A stretch of DNA of 64,000 nt, taken from assembly GCA_963845515.1 (NCBI GenBank), contig CAWJSR010000029.1, forward strand, positions 224,001 through 288,000, in the 5' to 3' direction. The position numbers and the translations under genes were made by a program. Position 1 is the first letter of the stretch. Each line of letters starts with the position of its first letter. The DNA is from an uncultured delta proteobacterium (GTDB taxonomy: Bacteria; Myxococcota; Myxococcia; Myxococcales; Anaeromyxobacteraceae). A model generated the notes under the pieces. That model ran no database searches and was not told where the DNA came from. It was given only the letters and a program-made list of their open reading frames with translations. Below are positions 42,124 through 52,079 of the stretch, one piece after another.

Positions 42124-42840
42124 TCAACCCAGGTAGGCCGTCAGCACCCGCTCGTTCCGGCTCAGCTGGGCAGGCGTCCCCTCTACCACGATCCGGCCGC
42201 GCTCCATGACGTAGGCGTAGTCCGCGACCTCGAGGGCGGTCCGGGCGAACTGCTCCACCAGGAGCATCGTCATCCCCTCCTCCTTCAGCCGCCTTATGGT
42301 GCGGAAGACCTCCTGGACGATGACCGGTGCCAGCCCCATCGACGGCTCGTCGAGCAGCATCACCTTGGGGTCGGCCATCAGCGCCCGGCCTATTGCCAGC
42401 ATCTGCTGCTCGCCCCCAGAGAGGGTCCCTGCCAGCTGGTGACGGCGCTCGGCGAGCTTCGGGAAGAGCCCGTAGACCCGCTCGAGCCCGGGCGCAGCCT
42501 GGCGTCGGAACCCGAAGAAGTGAGGAAGCCGTCGGAAGGCCCCCAGGAGCAGGTTGTCCTCCGTCGTCAGGGGCGCGAAGACCTTCCTCCCCTCCGGCGA
42601 GTGCGCGAGCCCCAGCCGCGCGATCTTCGCGGCCCCCAGGCCATGCACGGCCACCCCGTCGAGCCACACCTCGCCCCGGCTCGGCGCAACGAGGCCGGAG
42701 ATGGCCCGCATGGTCGTGGTCTTGCCGGCCCCGTTCGCGCCGATGAGCGCGACCACCGTCCCGCTCTTCACCTCGAGCGAGGTGCCGGCGAGGACCTCGG
42801 AGAGGCCGTAACCCGCGTAGATGTCCTTCACCGAGAGCAT
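42124..42840 (-). CDS. livF: branched-chain amino acid ABC transporter ATP-binding protein
   Basis: GANGAGKTT, PEGRKVF, LSGGEQQMLAIGR, LDEPSMGLAP. Confidence 0.92.
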   Translation of the reverse strand: MLSVKDIYAGYGLSEVLAGTSLEVKSGTVVALIGANGAGKTTTMRAISGLVAPSRGEVWLDGVAVHGLGAAKIARLGLAHSPEGRKVFAPLTTEDNLLLGAFRRLPHFFGFRRQAAPGLERVYGLFPKLAERRHQLAGTLSGGEQQMLAIGRALMADPKVMLLDEPSMGLAPVIVQEVFRTIRRLKEEGMTMLLVEQFARTALEVADYAYVMERGRIVVEGTPAQLSRNERVLTAYLG

Positions 42841-42852
42841 GCGCCTCCCTCC

Positions 42853-44826
42853 CTACCCGGCCACCGGCGAGGTCGCGACCGGCACGGGCCCATCCTCGGG
42901 CGGCGAGGGCTCGACGGCCCCGAGGTAGGCCGCGATCACGCCGGGGTGGCGCTTCACCTCGTCCGGCGCCCCCTCGGCGATCACCCGGCCCCCGTCCAGC
43001 ACCGTCACCACGTCGCACAGCTCCGAGACGACGTCCATGTGGTGCTCGATCAGGACGATGGTGATCCCACGCGCGTGGATGCGACGGATGATCTCCTTCT
43101 GCCTCGCTACGTCGGGGCGGGCCAGCCCGGCCGCCGGCTCGTCGAGGACCAGCAGCTCGGGCTTGCGGGCGAGCGCGCGGGCCATCTCCAGGAAGCGCTG
43201 CGCGCCGTACTGGAGATCCCGGACCGGCTTGCGCGCCTCCTCCTGAAGCCCCACCAGCCCCAGCAGCGCGAGCGCCTCGGCCTGGGCGCGCCGCTCCTCG
43301 CCCCGCCCGAGCCCGGCGAGGATCAGCGGCAGCGGCAGCCGGTAGGCGCCGCGCAGCGCCACCATCACGTTCTCGATCGTCGTCATGCCGCTGAAGAGCT
43401 GGAGGTTCTGGAAGGTCCGCGCGATCCCGGCGCTGGACGCGCGCATCATGCTGCCCTGCGGCAGCGGCTCGCCGCGCAGCAGCATGCTCCCTGCGGTCGG
43501 CGTGTAGAGCCCCGAGATGACGTTGATGAGCGTGCTCTTGCCCGATCCGTTGGGCCCGATGAGGCCGTGGATGGAGCCCCCTCTCACCGCCAGGCTGACC
43601 CCGTCGACGGCCTTCACCCCGCCGAAGTGGCGGTGGAGGAGCCGCAGCTCGAGGAGCGCGGAGCCGTCGGTCGCCCGCCTCGGGAGGACGGCGTCGAGCT
43701 GCGCGGGCTCGGGGAGCCTGGGAGGCGCGACCTTGAAGAGCGCTGCCAGCGCCCCCGCGGCGAAGCCCATCAGCCCCTCGGGGAGCCCGACGACTACCGA
43801 GAAGAGCATCAGCGCGAAGATCGCCTTTCGCCAGTCCTCGGTGTTCGTCACGAAGATCGCGCCGGCCACCAGCGCTCCCATCGCCGCGATCGGCGCGAGG
43901 GCCTGGAACGGCGCCGTGGTCCTGCGCACGAGCCCCCGCGTCCCCGCTAGCAGCGCCATCGCGAGGCCGACCAGCGCGAAGGCCCGGAAGAGGGTCAGGT
44001 TGGAGAGCAGGTTGGGGAGCAGCGCGACCAGCGCCGCGCCCACGACCGCGCCCCAGAGGCTCTTGCGGCCGCCTAGCACGACGCCGAGCAGCAGGATGAC
44101 GGTCAGCTCGTAGACGAAGCTGTGGGGCTGCAGGTACTGGAAGTTGAAGGCGTAGAGCGCCCCGGCGAGCCCGCCCAGCCCCGATCCGAAGGCGAAGCCC
44201 GCCACCCTGTGGCGGAAGGCGCCGACCCCCATCGCGTCGGTGGCGATGGGGCTGTCCCGCAGCGCCTCGAACGCCCGCCCCCAGTGGGACGAGAGCAGGT
44301 TCCGCATCGCGACCCAGGTCACGGCCAGCGCCAGGACGCAGAGCCAGAAGAAGTCGCGCGGCGAGAGGACGTGACCGAACAGCGGCGGCCGGCGGAGCGA
44401 GAAGCCCTGCGCGCCGTTCGTGAGCCACTCCAGCTCGTTGAGCACCGTGACGGAGAGCGCCGTGAAGCTGAGCGTCGCGAGCGCGAACTGTGGCCCCTCG
44501 AGGCGGAGCGCCGGGAGCGCCAGGAGCGCGCCGAGCAGCGTCGTGATCCCGCCAGCGACGAAGAGCGCCGACGGGATGCCGAGGCCGAAGCGCATGGCGC
44601 CAATCGCCGCGGCGTAGGCGCCGAGCCCCAGGAAGGCCGCCTGGGCGAGGTTCACCTGCCCGAGATAGCCGACCGTGACGTCGAGCCCGATGAGCAGGAT
44701 GCCGTAGATCGCGAGGAGCGTCAGGAGCCCGAGCGCGTACGGGCTGCTGACCAGGAGGGGAATGGCCGCGAGCAGCGCGAACAGCAGGATCTCGGCACCG
44801 CGGACCAGGAGGAGGCGCTTGAGCAC
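42853..44826 (-). CDS. branched-chain amino acid ABC transporter, fused permease/ATPase (LivM-LivG)
   Basis: GYLGQVNL permease region, then FGG.KAV, GPNGSGKST, ARTFQN, LDEPAAG, IEHHM. Confidence 0.9.
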   Translation of the reverse strand: MLKRLLLVRGAEILLFALLAAIPLLVSSPYALGLLTLLAIYGILLIGLDVTVGYLGQVNLAQAAFLGLGAYAAAIGAMRFGLGIPSALFVAGGITTLLGALLALPALRLEGPQFALATLSFTALSVTVLNELEWLTNGAQGFSLRRPPLFGHVLSPRDFFWLCVLALAVTWVAMRNLLSSHWGRAFEALRDSPIATDAMGVGAFRHRVAGFAFGSGLGGLAGALYAFNFQYLQPHSFVYELTVILLLGVVLGGRKSLWGAVVGAALVALLPNLLSNLTLFRAFALVGLAMALLAGTRGLVRRTTAPFQALAPIAAMGALVAGAIFVTNTEDWRKAIFALMLFSVVVGLPEGLMGFAAGALAALFKVAPPRLPEPAQLDAVLPRRATDGSALLELRLLHRHFGGVKAVDGVSLAVRGGSIHGLIGPNGSGKSTLINVISGLYTPTAGSMLLRGEPLPQGSMMRASSAGIARTFQNLQLFSGMTTIENVMVALRGAYRLPLPLILAGLGRGEERRAQAEALALLGLVGLQEEARKPVRDLQYGAQRFLEMARALARKPELLVLDEPAAGLARPDVARQKEIIRRIHARGITIVLIEHHMDVVSELCDVVTVLDGGRVIAEGAPDEVKRHPGVIAAYLGAVEPSPPEDGPVPVATSPVAG

Positions 44827-44835
44827 GGGTGGGCC

Positions 44836-45714
44836 CTAGACCTTCCGGATGATCGCCTTGCCGAAGACCCCGGTGGGGCGAACGGCGAGGGCGAGGATCA
44901 AGAGCATCAGGCCGGGCGCTTCCCGCCAGCCGCTGCCGACGTAGAGGCTGGCCAGGCTCTCCAGCGCCCCGAGGACGAGGCCGACGATCACCACGCCGAA
45001 GCCCGACTCGAGCCCGGCTACCACCGCGACCGAGAAGGCCTTGAGGATCATGGCCGAGGCCATGGTGGGCCCGACCGTGGTTATGGGCGAGACCAGGATG
45101 CCGGCCAGCGCCGCCACCGCGCCAGAGAGGCCGTACGAGAACATCACGGTCCCGGTGGCGGAGATCCCCATCAACTCCCCGGCGTCCCGGTCGGCCGAGA
45201 CGGCGTCGAAGGCCTTCCCGAGGAGCGTGCGCCGCTTGAACACCTCCACGAGCCCCATCACCGCGAGGACGCCGACCAGCACCGAGATCTCCAGCGGCGT
45301 CACGTCGATCCCGAAGAGATGGATCGGCTCGGACGGGATGGGCGTCGGGAAGGGGCGGTCGTCCCGACCCCAGACGTTCTCGGCGAAGGAGAAGAGGAAC
45401 AGGCCGACGATGATGCTGAGCAGGATCCAGCCCTCGCTCTTCTGCTCCAGCGCCAGGCGGACCGCGGTCCGCTCGACCGCCAGCCCGAGGAGGGCGCCGA
45501 AGAGGAGGCCGAGCGGGACCACCGCCCAGTACGGCAGGCCGAGCCCGATGAGGGTGAGGCTGACGAAGGCGGAGACCATCACCAGCTCGCCCTGGCCGAA
45601 GTTGATGCTCTTGCTGGTGGCGTAGGTGAGCTGGAAGCCGTAGGCGATCAGGGCGTACACGAGCCCCATCAACGCTCCACTGACCGTGATCTGCGCGACG
45701 ATCGAGAAGGGCAA
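44836..45714 (-). CDS. livH: branched-chain amino acid ABC transporter permease
   Basis: YALIAYGF, INFGQGE, KAFSVAVV, RPTGVFG. Confidence 0.9.
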   Translation of the reverse strand: MPFSIVAQITVSGALMGLVYALIAYGFQLTYATSKSINFGQGELVMVSAFVSLTLIGLGLPYWAVVPLGLLFGALLGLAVERTAVRLALEQKSEGWILLSIIVGLFLFSFAENVWGRDDRPFPTPIPSEPIHLFGIDVTPLEISVLVGVLAVMGLVEVFKRRTLLGKAFDAVSADRDAGELMGISATGTVMFSYGLSGAVAALAGILVSPITTVGPTMASAMILKAFSVAVVAGLESGFGVVIVGLVLGALESLASLYVGSGWREAPGLMLLILALAVRPTGVFGKAIIRKV

Positions 45715-45736
45715 GGGGCGCCTCGGCTCGGGTTCA

Positions 45737-45767
45737 CCGGGAGGAGGCCGGAGCCTCCCCCATCCGG
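45737..45767. terminator. GC-rich hairpin between livK and livH (possible attenuating or stabilising stem-loop)
   Basis: GGAGGC-cgga-GCCTCC core with flanking CCGG/CCGG; no U-tract. Confidence 0.3.
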
Positions 45768-45783
45768 AGTCTACTCGCCGGGG

Positions 45784-47004
45784 CTACTTCGCGCCGCGCC
45801 TGGCGAGCCGGGCGCGGTCCGCGTCGTCGGCGAAGACTACGCGCCCGTCCTTGATCATCCCCATGATCGTCTGCTCGCGCCGGAAAGCCTCGTGCGTCGT
45901 CACGTCGGCCGGATTCCACCTGGTGTAGGGCTTCACCCACCTGGCGATGACGCCGTCCACGGGCTCCTTCAGGTCTTCGAGGGCGTCGCGGATCGCGAGG
46001 CTCTTCGTCGACCCGGCCTGCTTCACCGCCGCGGCGAAGATCAGGACCGCGTCGTAGCCCTGCGCCGCGGAGACCGGGGACGCCATGCGGGTGACACCGT
46101 AGGCCTTGTGATAGGCGTCGATGAAGGCCTTTGCGCGAGGCGACACCGGCTCCTCGATGAAGGTCTGCGGCATCAGGGCGCCGTTTCCGTTCGCCCCGGC
46201 GTTGTCGATGAAGTTGGACATCGAGAGCGGCCAGCCGCCGATGAGCGGCACCCGGTAGCCGAGCTTCGCCTGACCGCTGGCGATGGCGGCCAGCTCGGGG
46301 CCGATGCCCCAGATCAGGATTGCCTCGGCCCCCAACGCCTTGGCCTTGAGGAGCTGGGCGCTCATGTCCTTGTCGCCGATGGCCCACTTCTCGACCGTGA
46401 CGACCTCGAGCTTGTTCCCCTGCTTCTTGATCTGGTCGAGCATGTCGTCGCGGCCGGAGGCGCCGTAGTTGGTGGCGTCGGCGAAGACGGCGACCTTCTT
46501 GAACCCCCGCTTGATCGCCTCCTCGACGACCATGGCCGACTGGATGCCGTCGTGCGCGGCGAAGCGGAAGATGGAGAGCTGCTTCGGGCCGTCGGGCTTG
46601 GCCCACTGGGTCATGGAGAGGGAGCCGGCCGCAGGGCAGATGATCTTGGTGATCCCTGCCTCCTGGAAGTGCCTGTCGCCAGCCATCACGACGCCAGTGT
46701 TGACGCTGCCGATGACGCCGGAGAGGTCGGGGATCGCGGCCAGCTCCTGCGCGATGAGCGCGCCGCGCTCGTTCTTGGCCTCGTCGTCGCGCTCGATCAC
46801 CTCGATCTTGAGCTTCTGCTTTCCGACCTGGATCCCACCGGCGGCGTTGATCTCGGCGATGGCGAGCTTCGAGCCATCGCGCGTGGAGGTCCCCATCGGC
46901 GCCGAGCCACCCGAGTAGGGACCGGTGAGCGCGAGCTTGATCGTGTCCGCGGCGAGCGCGGGGACGGCGGCAGCGGCGAGGAACAGGGCAAGGATTCGTT
47001 TCAT
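45784..47004 (-). CDS. livK: branched-chain amino acid ABC transporter substrate-binding protein
   Basis: Signal peptide, GPYSG, EINAAGG, DDEAK, YDAV. Confidence 0.88.
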   Translation of the reverse strand: MKRILALFLAAAAVPALAADTIKLALTGPYSGGSAPMGTSTRDGSKLAIAEINAAGGIQVGKQKLKIEVIERDDEAKNERGALIAQELAAIPDLSGVIGSVNTGVVMAGDRHFQEAGITKIICPAAGSLSMTQWAKPDGPKQLSIFRFAAHDGIQSAMVVEEAIKRGFKKVAVFADATNYGASGRDDMLDQIKKQGNKLEVVTVEKWAIGDKDMSAQLLKAKALGAEAILIWGIGPELAAIASGQAKLGYRVPLIGGWPLSMSNFIDNAGANGNGALMPQTFIEEPVSPRAKAFIDAYHKAYGVTRMASPVSAAQGYDAVLIFAAAVKQAGSTKSLAIRDALEDLKEPVDGVIARWVKPYTRWNPADVTTHEAFRREQTIMGMIKDGRVVFADDADRARLARRGAK

Positions 47005-47188
47005 TGGAGTCGCCTCGTGTTGGGGGACGAGCGTGAAGCCGGCTCCCAAGCTAATAGACGGTTTGAAGCGTGGGACGCATCCGCGGACGCGGGTTCCAGG
47101 CCATCCCTGTTGGGGCGGAGTGACCTGCTGCTACTTACGCGGCAGCTGCCGCGGAGCCGCTGGTAACCGCCACCCCGGCGGCGGGCTC

Positions 47189-49054
47189 TCAGTAGACCTT
47201 CGCCACGTCCGCCCCCGAGTAGTACGCCCTCAGGATCTGCCGGTAGTCCTGCCCCGCCTCGGCGCGCCCCACGGCGCCCCACTGGCACATGCCCGCGCCG
47301 TGGCCCCAGCCACCGCCGCGGGCGATCCAGTCCTCCCCGTCGCGGTCGAAGACGACCATCGCGGAGGGGAGGTTGCGCAGGAGACGCCTGATCTTCAGCT
47401 CTCCCGCGACGTCGACCGTCCCATCGCTCCCCGACAGGCGCAGGTGGCGCGCGCGCCCCGAGACGCCGCGCGCGCGGACCTCGAGCTCGCGGACGAGTCC
47501 GATCCCGAGCGACTCGCCGACCGCCTTCAGATCGGCTGCGGTCAGCCTCCGCTCCCATCGCCACCGATCGCGCCGGGTCGCGGCAGGGCGCCGGCACCAG
47601 GCGTCGACGTCAGCGGCCAGGAACCGGCGCAGCTTCGCCTCGTCGGACAGTCCACTCGCCAGCTGCTGCGCCGCGGCGGGATCGGCAACGTCCGGCCGGC
47701 CGCGCAGCGCCGGGTCCGGCGTGTTGCCCCAGACGTACTCGTTGTTCTCCCCGTGGCCGCCACACATCGCGTGGTAGAAGGCGTCCACCAGCCGCTGATC
47801 CTTGCGGCCGAAGAGCGCCTCGCCGGCGGTCGCGCGGATCGCCTCGTCGGTCCGCGGGTGGTGCGCCCCCTCCCCGCGGTAGGCCTGGCAGTGAACCTCC
47901 GCGCAGAGCATGTACGGATCCTCCAGGTGGCGGACGCCGATCTGCGCGAGCACGTTCGAGCGCGCAGTGACCGACTGCGCCTTGAGCGCCTCCACGTGCG
48001 AGAGGGCTGGCATCTCCGCAGGCACGAGCCCCCTCAGGAGCTCCTCCAGCGCCACGGCGTGGACCGCGGCCAGCCTCCCGTTGGCGTCGACGGTGACGAC
48101 GAGCCGACCGCCGTACGAGCGGTCCTCGCGCTCGCGGCCGCTCTCACGAAGGTCGTGCTGCACCCGCTCCACCACGAAGCCAGCGCCTCCGTCGACGTCG
48201 AGCGCGAGGGCCGAGTCCGCCTCGCCCAGCCGCTCGCCCTTCGGGCCGGTGAGCACCAGCCTCCCGGCGGGACGATCCGCCAGGCGCTCGTCGACCGGGA
48301 GTCGGACGCCGAACTGGCGCCTGAGCTCCTCGGCGAGCTTCTCCGCGGCCGTCTCGCTCCCGTCACCGTCAGCGAAGAGGATCTCGCGCCGGTTGTCGAC
48401 GATCCGTCCCCCGATCCCGAAGACGCCGCCGACGAACCGGGACCGGACGGTGATGCCCCGCTCCTCCCAGGCGCGCCGCGAGTCGGCCAGCCGCTTGCCC
48501 TCGCCTACCGCCGCGGCGTCGAGGAGCACCTGGTGGACGAAGGCTGCGGGGCGGGCTTCCTCGAGCCGGACGTGGAGCCCGGCGTTTGGCTCGACCAGGA
48601 CAGGCTCGTGCCCCCTGAGCGTGACCTTCGCGGCTGCACGCGCGCGGAAGACGATCTCCTGCTGCCCCTCCATGAGCCGGATCGTGACCAGCGGAACACC
48701 TGCCTCGCCGAAGTCGAGCCGGTGGCTCCAGACGAGGTCCATCAGGTCGGCGTTGGCGACGACCGCAGGAAGGAGCGCCTCGACCGGAGGCGGCTCCGGC
48801 GTGGGGGCTGGGGGAAGCTCCGGGGGCGGAAGCGGCGGCGGGATCCCCTGCGCCCAGTCGGGCGTGGCGGGCGGCACGGTCGCTACCTCGGGAGCCGAAG
48901 CGGCGGGCTCTGGGGCTGCGGGCGCCTCGGGCCGTGACGGCGCCGCTGCGACCGCTTCGGAGCCGGCGGGGGCCAGCTCGGCGTCGGCGCCACCGCGCGG
49001 CGTCGCGCAGGAAGCGGTCAGCGCAGCGAGGAGGAGGAATGCTCTCGACTTCAC
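47189..49054 (-). CDS. SpoIID/LytB domain lipoprotein (lytic transglycosylase-like)
   Basis: Lipobox LTASC, Pro-rich linker, GLVPAEM..EALKAQ.V.AR, CQAY, GGGWGHGAGMCQWGA, ILRAYY. Confidence 0.9.
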   Translation of the reverse strand: MKSRAFLLLAALTASCATPRGGADAELAPAGSEAVAAAPSRPEAPAAPEPAASAPEVATVPPATPDWAQGIPPPLPPPELPPAPTPEPPPVEALLPAVVANADLMDLVWSHRLDFGEAGVPLVTIRLMEGQQEIVFRARAAAKVTLRGHEPVLVEPNAGLHVRLEEARPAAFVHQVLLDAAAVGEGKRLADSRRAWEERGITVRSRFVGGVFGIGGRIVDNRREILFADGDGSETAAEKLAEELRRQFGVRLPVDERLADRPAGRLVLTGPKGERLGEADSALALDVDGGAGFVVERVQHDLRESGREREDRSYGGRLVVTVDANGRLAAVHAVALEELLRGLVPAEMPALSHVEALKAQSVTARSNVLAQIGVRHLEDPYMLCAEVHCQAYRGEGAHHPRTDEAIRATAGEALFGRKDQRLVDAFYHAMCGGHGENNEYVWGNTPDPALRGRPDVADPAAAQQLASGLSDEAKLRRFLAADVDAWCRRPAATRRDRWRWERRLTAADLKAVGESLGIGLVRELEVRARGVSGRARHLRLSGSDGTVDVAGELKIRRLLRNLPSAMVVFDRDGEDWIARGGGWGHGAGMCQWGAVGRAEAGQDYRQILRAYYSGADVAKVY

Positions 49055-49668
49055 GTCGCGAGGCGCTTGGTCTTCTCGTCGACCAGCTGCTGGAGAGCCT
49101 CGGTCGCCAGCTTGCGATCCTCGGCCGTCGCGCCAGGCTCCTGGAGCCGCCTCGCCGCGGTCAGGATCGCGTCGCGCTCCTGCTCCTCGCGGAGCCGGAC
49201 CGCGTCCACCATGTGCGCGGCCTCGTCGGCGAGCTCGACCAGCATGTCCCGCTCGCGGAGCGGCCGCGGGCGCTCGTAGTTCCCTTCGCCAACCTGGCGG
49301 CAGGTCCGGGCGATGGCGAACGCAGGGCCAGCGATGCGGTGAGTCATGACCACCGCGAAGCCCAGCAGGCAGAAGAGCACTACGGCCAGCGCTGCGGCGA
49401 GCCAGACCATGCGGGCCCGGTCTTCGCTGGCAAAGGCCGCCGCGAGCGCCTCTGCCACGTCCGGATCAGCCAGCGCGACCACGCGCGAGGTCTCGGCGTA
49501 CGAGCGCCAGAGGACCCAGCCGAGCACCATGCTGATCGCCGCGGCCACCGCCAGCAGCCAGCTCGCGAAGCGGAGCTGGAGCTTCGTGTCGATGAGGTAG
49601 TTCCTGACGCGTCGCTTGTAGACGGTAGGAGGAGGCGCGGCGGCCTCGATGTTGGCGCTCGGTTCCAT
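49051..49668 (-). CDS. two-TM HAMP-domain membrane protein without output domain
   Basis: YKRR.RNYLID..LQLRF, two TMs, THRIAGP..I HAMP-like segment. Confidence 0.7.
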   Translation of the reverse strand: MEPSANIEAAAPPPTVYKRRVRNYLIDTKLQLRFASWLLAVAAAISMVLGWVLWRSYAETSRVVALADPDVAEALAAAFASEDRARMVWLAAALAVVLFCLLGFAVVMTHRIAGPAFAIARTCRQVGEGNYERPRPLRERDMLVELADEAAHMVDAVRLREEQERDAILTAARRLQEPGATAEDRKLATEALQQLVDEKTKRLAT

Positions 49669-49687
49669 ACGCCTCTCCTACATACCG

Positions 49688-50425
49688 CTACCTGAGCCGA
49701 TCCGCGAGATCCTCGGTCATGGTCCGGGCCGCGGCGTCCAGCGCCTTGGCGGCGTACTTGGCGACCATCGGCCCCTGGACCGTACCCACCGCCCTCAGGC
49801 GGGCGCCGCCTTCGAGCATCGCCGCCATCCGCCCCTTGCCGTCGACGGCGACCAATGACGCGCGGACGGAGATCACCGTCTTGCCGTCCTGCTTCTCGAT
49901 GTCGACCTTAAGGACCGACGGCCGCAGGACGAACTGCTGTCCGCGGGCGACTACGCTGAACTTGTTGGCGCGGAGGTGGCGCTCCAGCGCGTCTCTGAGC
50001 GACGCCCGCAGCTCGTCGTCCCCGGCGCCCGACGGAAACTCGAGCGAGACCGTCAGCGCGCCGGGGCCAGCCGGGAGCAGCTCCGGCCAACCCTCGAGCG
50101 CCTTCTGCGCCGCGGCGCGGACGCGGTGATCGCGATCCTCCAGCGCCGCCTCGATGGCCCCGCGCCCGGCGGGATCGCCGATCTTGGCCAGGGCCGAGAT
50201 GCACGCGAGCCGGACCGCATCCGAGGAGTCGTTGCGCGCCGCGTCCGCGAGGGCCCCGACCGCCTCCCCCGCGCCGCGCTGGCCGAGGATGATGGCGGCC
50301 TGCGCGCGCACCTTGAGCGAGGAGTCGCTGCGGAGCGCCCGGATCGCGGCGTCGATCTGGGCGTCACCTCGGGCTGAGAAGGCGAGCGCTGCGAGGAGGA
50401 ACGTGGCGAGGAGGCGGGAGCGCAT
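49688..50425 (-). CDS. exported HEAT-repeat protein
   Basis: Signal peptide; repeats D.S.KVRAQAA..LG / D.S.AVR....AL / D.D.RVRAAA..AL. Confidence 0.75.
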   Translation of the reverse strand: MRSRLLATFLLAALAFSARGDAQIDAAIRALRSDSSLKVRAQAAIILGQRGAGEAVGALADAARNDSSDAVRLACISALAKIGDPAGRGAIEAALEDRDHRVRAAAQKALEGWPELLPAGPGALTVSLEFPSGAGDDELRASLRDALERHLRANKFSVVARGQQFVLRPSVLKVDIEKQDGKTVISVRASLVAVDGKGRMAAMLEGGARLRAVGTVQGPMVAKYAAKALDAAARTMTEDLADRLR

Positions 50426-50517
50426 CGCGTTGGAGAGCTTACCCTCGAAAGCTCTCCCGTTGGACGCGGAAACGAGCGTTCGCTTCACGCGCACCTTGCA
50501 GTCACGCACCCACACGG

Positions 50518-51417
50518 TCATCTTCCGCCAGCGAGGCGTCGGAACGCGTCGTGCAGGCGTCTGGTCACCGGACCGACCCGCCCGTCGCCTACGGGGCGGC
50601 CGCCGAGCCTGGTGACCGGCAGGATCTCCCGTGCAGTCGAGGTGATGAAGAGCTCCGCGGCCCCCTCGAGCTCGGCGACGGTCAGCGCGGTCTCCTCGAG
50701 CGCGACCCCGACCTCACGCGCCAGCCGGATGACCACGCCGCGGGTGACCCCCTCGAGGATCCCCGCGCCGAGGTGCGGCGTATGCACCCGCCCCTTCCGG
50801 ACCGCGAAGATGTTGGATGACGCCCCCTCGGTCACGTGGCCCAGTCCATCGGTGAGGAGCGCCTCGTATGCCCCGCGCCGCCGCGCCTCCCGGACAGCGA
50901 GGACATGCGGGAGATGCAGACCGGTCTTCGCGCTGGGATCGGCCGCCGTCGGCGCCGCCCGCGGCACGTCGACGACGCACACCTCCACGCCATCGCGGTA
51001 GGCGGCGACCGGCGGCCCGGCGAGTGGATGGACGATGATGACCGTCGTCGGCGCGACGGCGAGCGATGGGTCGAGCCCGAGATCGCCGGAGCCTCTGGTG
51101 ACGACGATCCGTACCGTCCGCTCGCCGCGATTCCATGAGGCTGCGGTGGGGTCGTCGGCGTCGGAAACGGGCGCCGCGTCGAGCGTGCGGACGACCTCGG
51201 TCGCGAGCCGGCCGGTGTTCCAGGGGAGCGTCAGCCAGATGAGATCGGCAGAGCGCGTGAGCCGACCGAGGTGGGCCTGCAGCTCGAAAGGCCGCCCGGA
51301 GTACGTCCGCACCACCTCGTAGACGCTGTCGCCGTACAGGAAGCCTCGATCGAAGACCGAGACGCGCGCCTCCGCCGGCGGGAGGAGGCGGCCGTCGATG
51401 TTGACTAGCGCGGACAT
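50518..51417 (-). CDS. class IV PLP aminotransferase (IlvE/Dat/PabC family)
   Basis: DRGFLYGDSVYE, H..RL..SA, AKTG, EGASSN, ILEGVTR, FITST. Confidence 0.9.
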   Translation of the reverse strand: MSALVNIDGRLLPPAEARVSVFDRGFLYGDSVYEVVRTYSGRPFELQAHLGRLTRSADLIWLTLPWNTGRLATEVVRTLDAAPVSDADDPTAASWNRGERTVRIVVTRGSGDLGLDPSLAVAPTTVIIVHPLAGPPVAAYRDGVEVCVVDVPRAAPTAADPSAKTGLHLPHVLAVREARRRGAYEALLTDGLGHVTEGASSNIFAVRKGRVHTPHLGAGILEGVTRGVVIRLAREVGVALEETALTVAELEGAAELFITSTAREILPVTRLGGRPVGDGRVGPVTRRLHDAFRRLAGGR

Positions 51418-51495
51418 CGCTCCACTCTACCGCGCGCCGCGCCAGGTCCAGCAGCGGCGCGATCTCCCGGATCATCGCGGATCCATGACGTTTTC

Positions 51496-51523
51496 TTGAC
51501 CGATCGATCCCGGGTGATATCTC
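51496..51523 (+). promoter_or_regulatory. possible sigma70-type promoter
   Basis: TTGACC-N16-TATCTC with TG extension, 11 bp before ATG 51535. Confidence 0.25.
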
Positions 51524-51534
51524 CCGATACGCGT

Positions 51535-51993
51535 ATGGAAACCGCTGTCGAGTGCACACACTGCGGCGTCGTCATGACGAGCTGGTCGGTCCCCAGCAGC
51601 CCGATCCGCTATTTCCAGTGTCCGTTCTGCCAGCGGACACACTCGTCCCACTACGGCGAGGTCTTCCGCAACCACGCGGGCGCGCGGGTGCGCGGCACGG
51701 CGCCGCGATCCTCGCTGCCGTCAGGGATCCCGATGGCGCGTCCAGAGGACGTCCGATGGGCGGGCATCAAGGCCGCGGCGAACCGCTGGTACGCACGGCT
51801 CGAGGCGGACGAGCACCGCAACGCGAGCGCACCCCGGCCGGCGGTCGCGCAGCGTCGCCCCATCCCGCTGACGGTGGCGCTCGAGGCGCCGCGGCGGCGC
51901 GATCCGCTCGTCGACCTCCAGATCGACGTCGAGCTGCCGCCCGCCACCGACGCGCCGCAGCCGGTCGCCGCCGGGGCCGCGAAGCACCGTTAG
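51535..51993 (+). CDS. hypothetical protein with N-terminal zinc ribbon
   Basis: CTHC...CPFC pair; fills the gap between aminotransferase and qor. Confidence 0.7.
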   Translation: METAVECTHCGVVMTSWSVPSSPIRYFQCPFCQRTHSSHYGEVFRNHAGARVRGTAPRSSLPSGIPMARPEDVRWAGIKAAANRWYARLEADEHRNASAPRPAVAQRRPIPLTVALEAPRRRDPLVDLQIDVELPPATDAPQPVAAGAAKHR

Positions 51994-52011
51994 CACGCCC
52001 CCTCCTGGCAA

Positions 52012-52033
52012 CTGCATCCCCCCATGGATGCAG
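52012..52033. promoter_or_regulatory. 8-6-8 inverted repeat upstream of qor (operator or hairpin)
   Basis: CTGCATCC-ccccat-GGATGCAG. Confidence 0.3.
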
Positions 52034-52079
52034 CTATCGATGATGCCGGCCGGTCGGCTGACCGGGCGAGGAGAGGCGC

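Noticed and set aside
42853..44826. LivM-LivG fusion as a novelty
   Set aside because: Real and in frame, but a commonly seen architecture.
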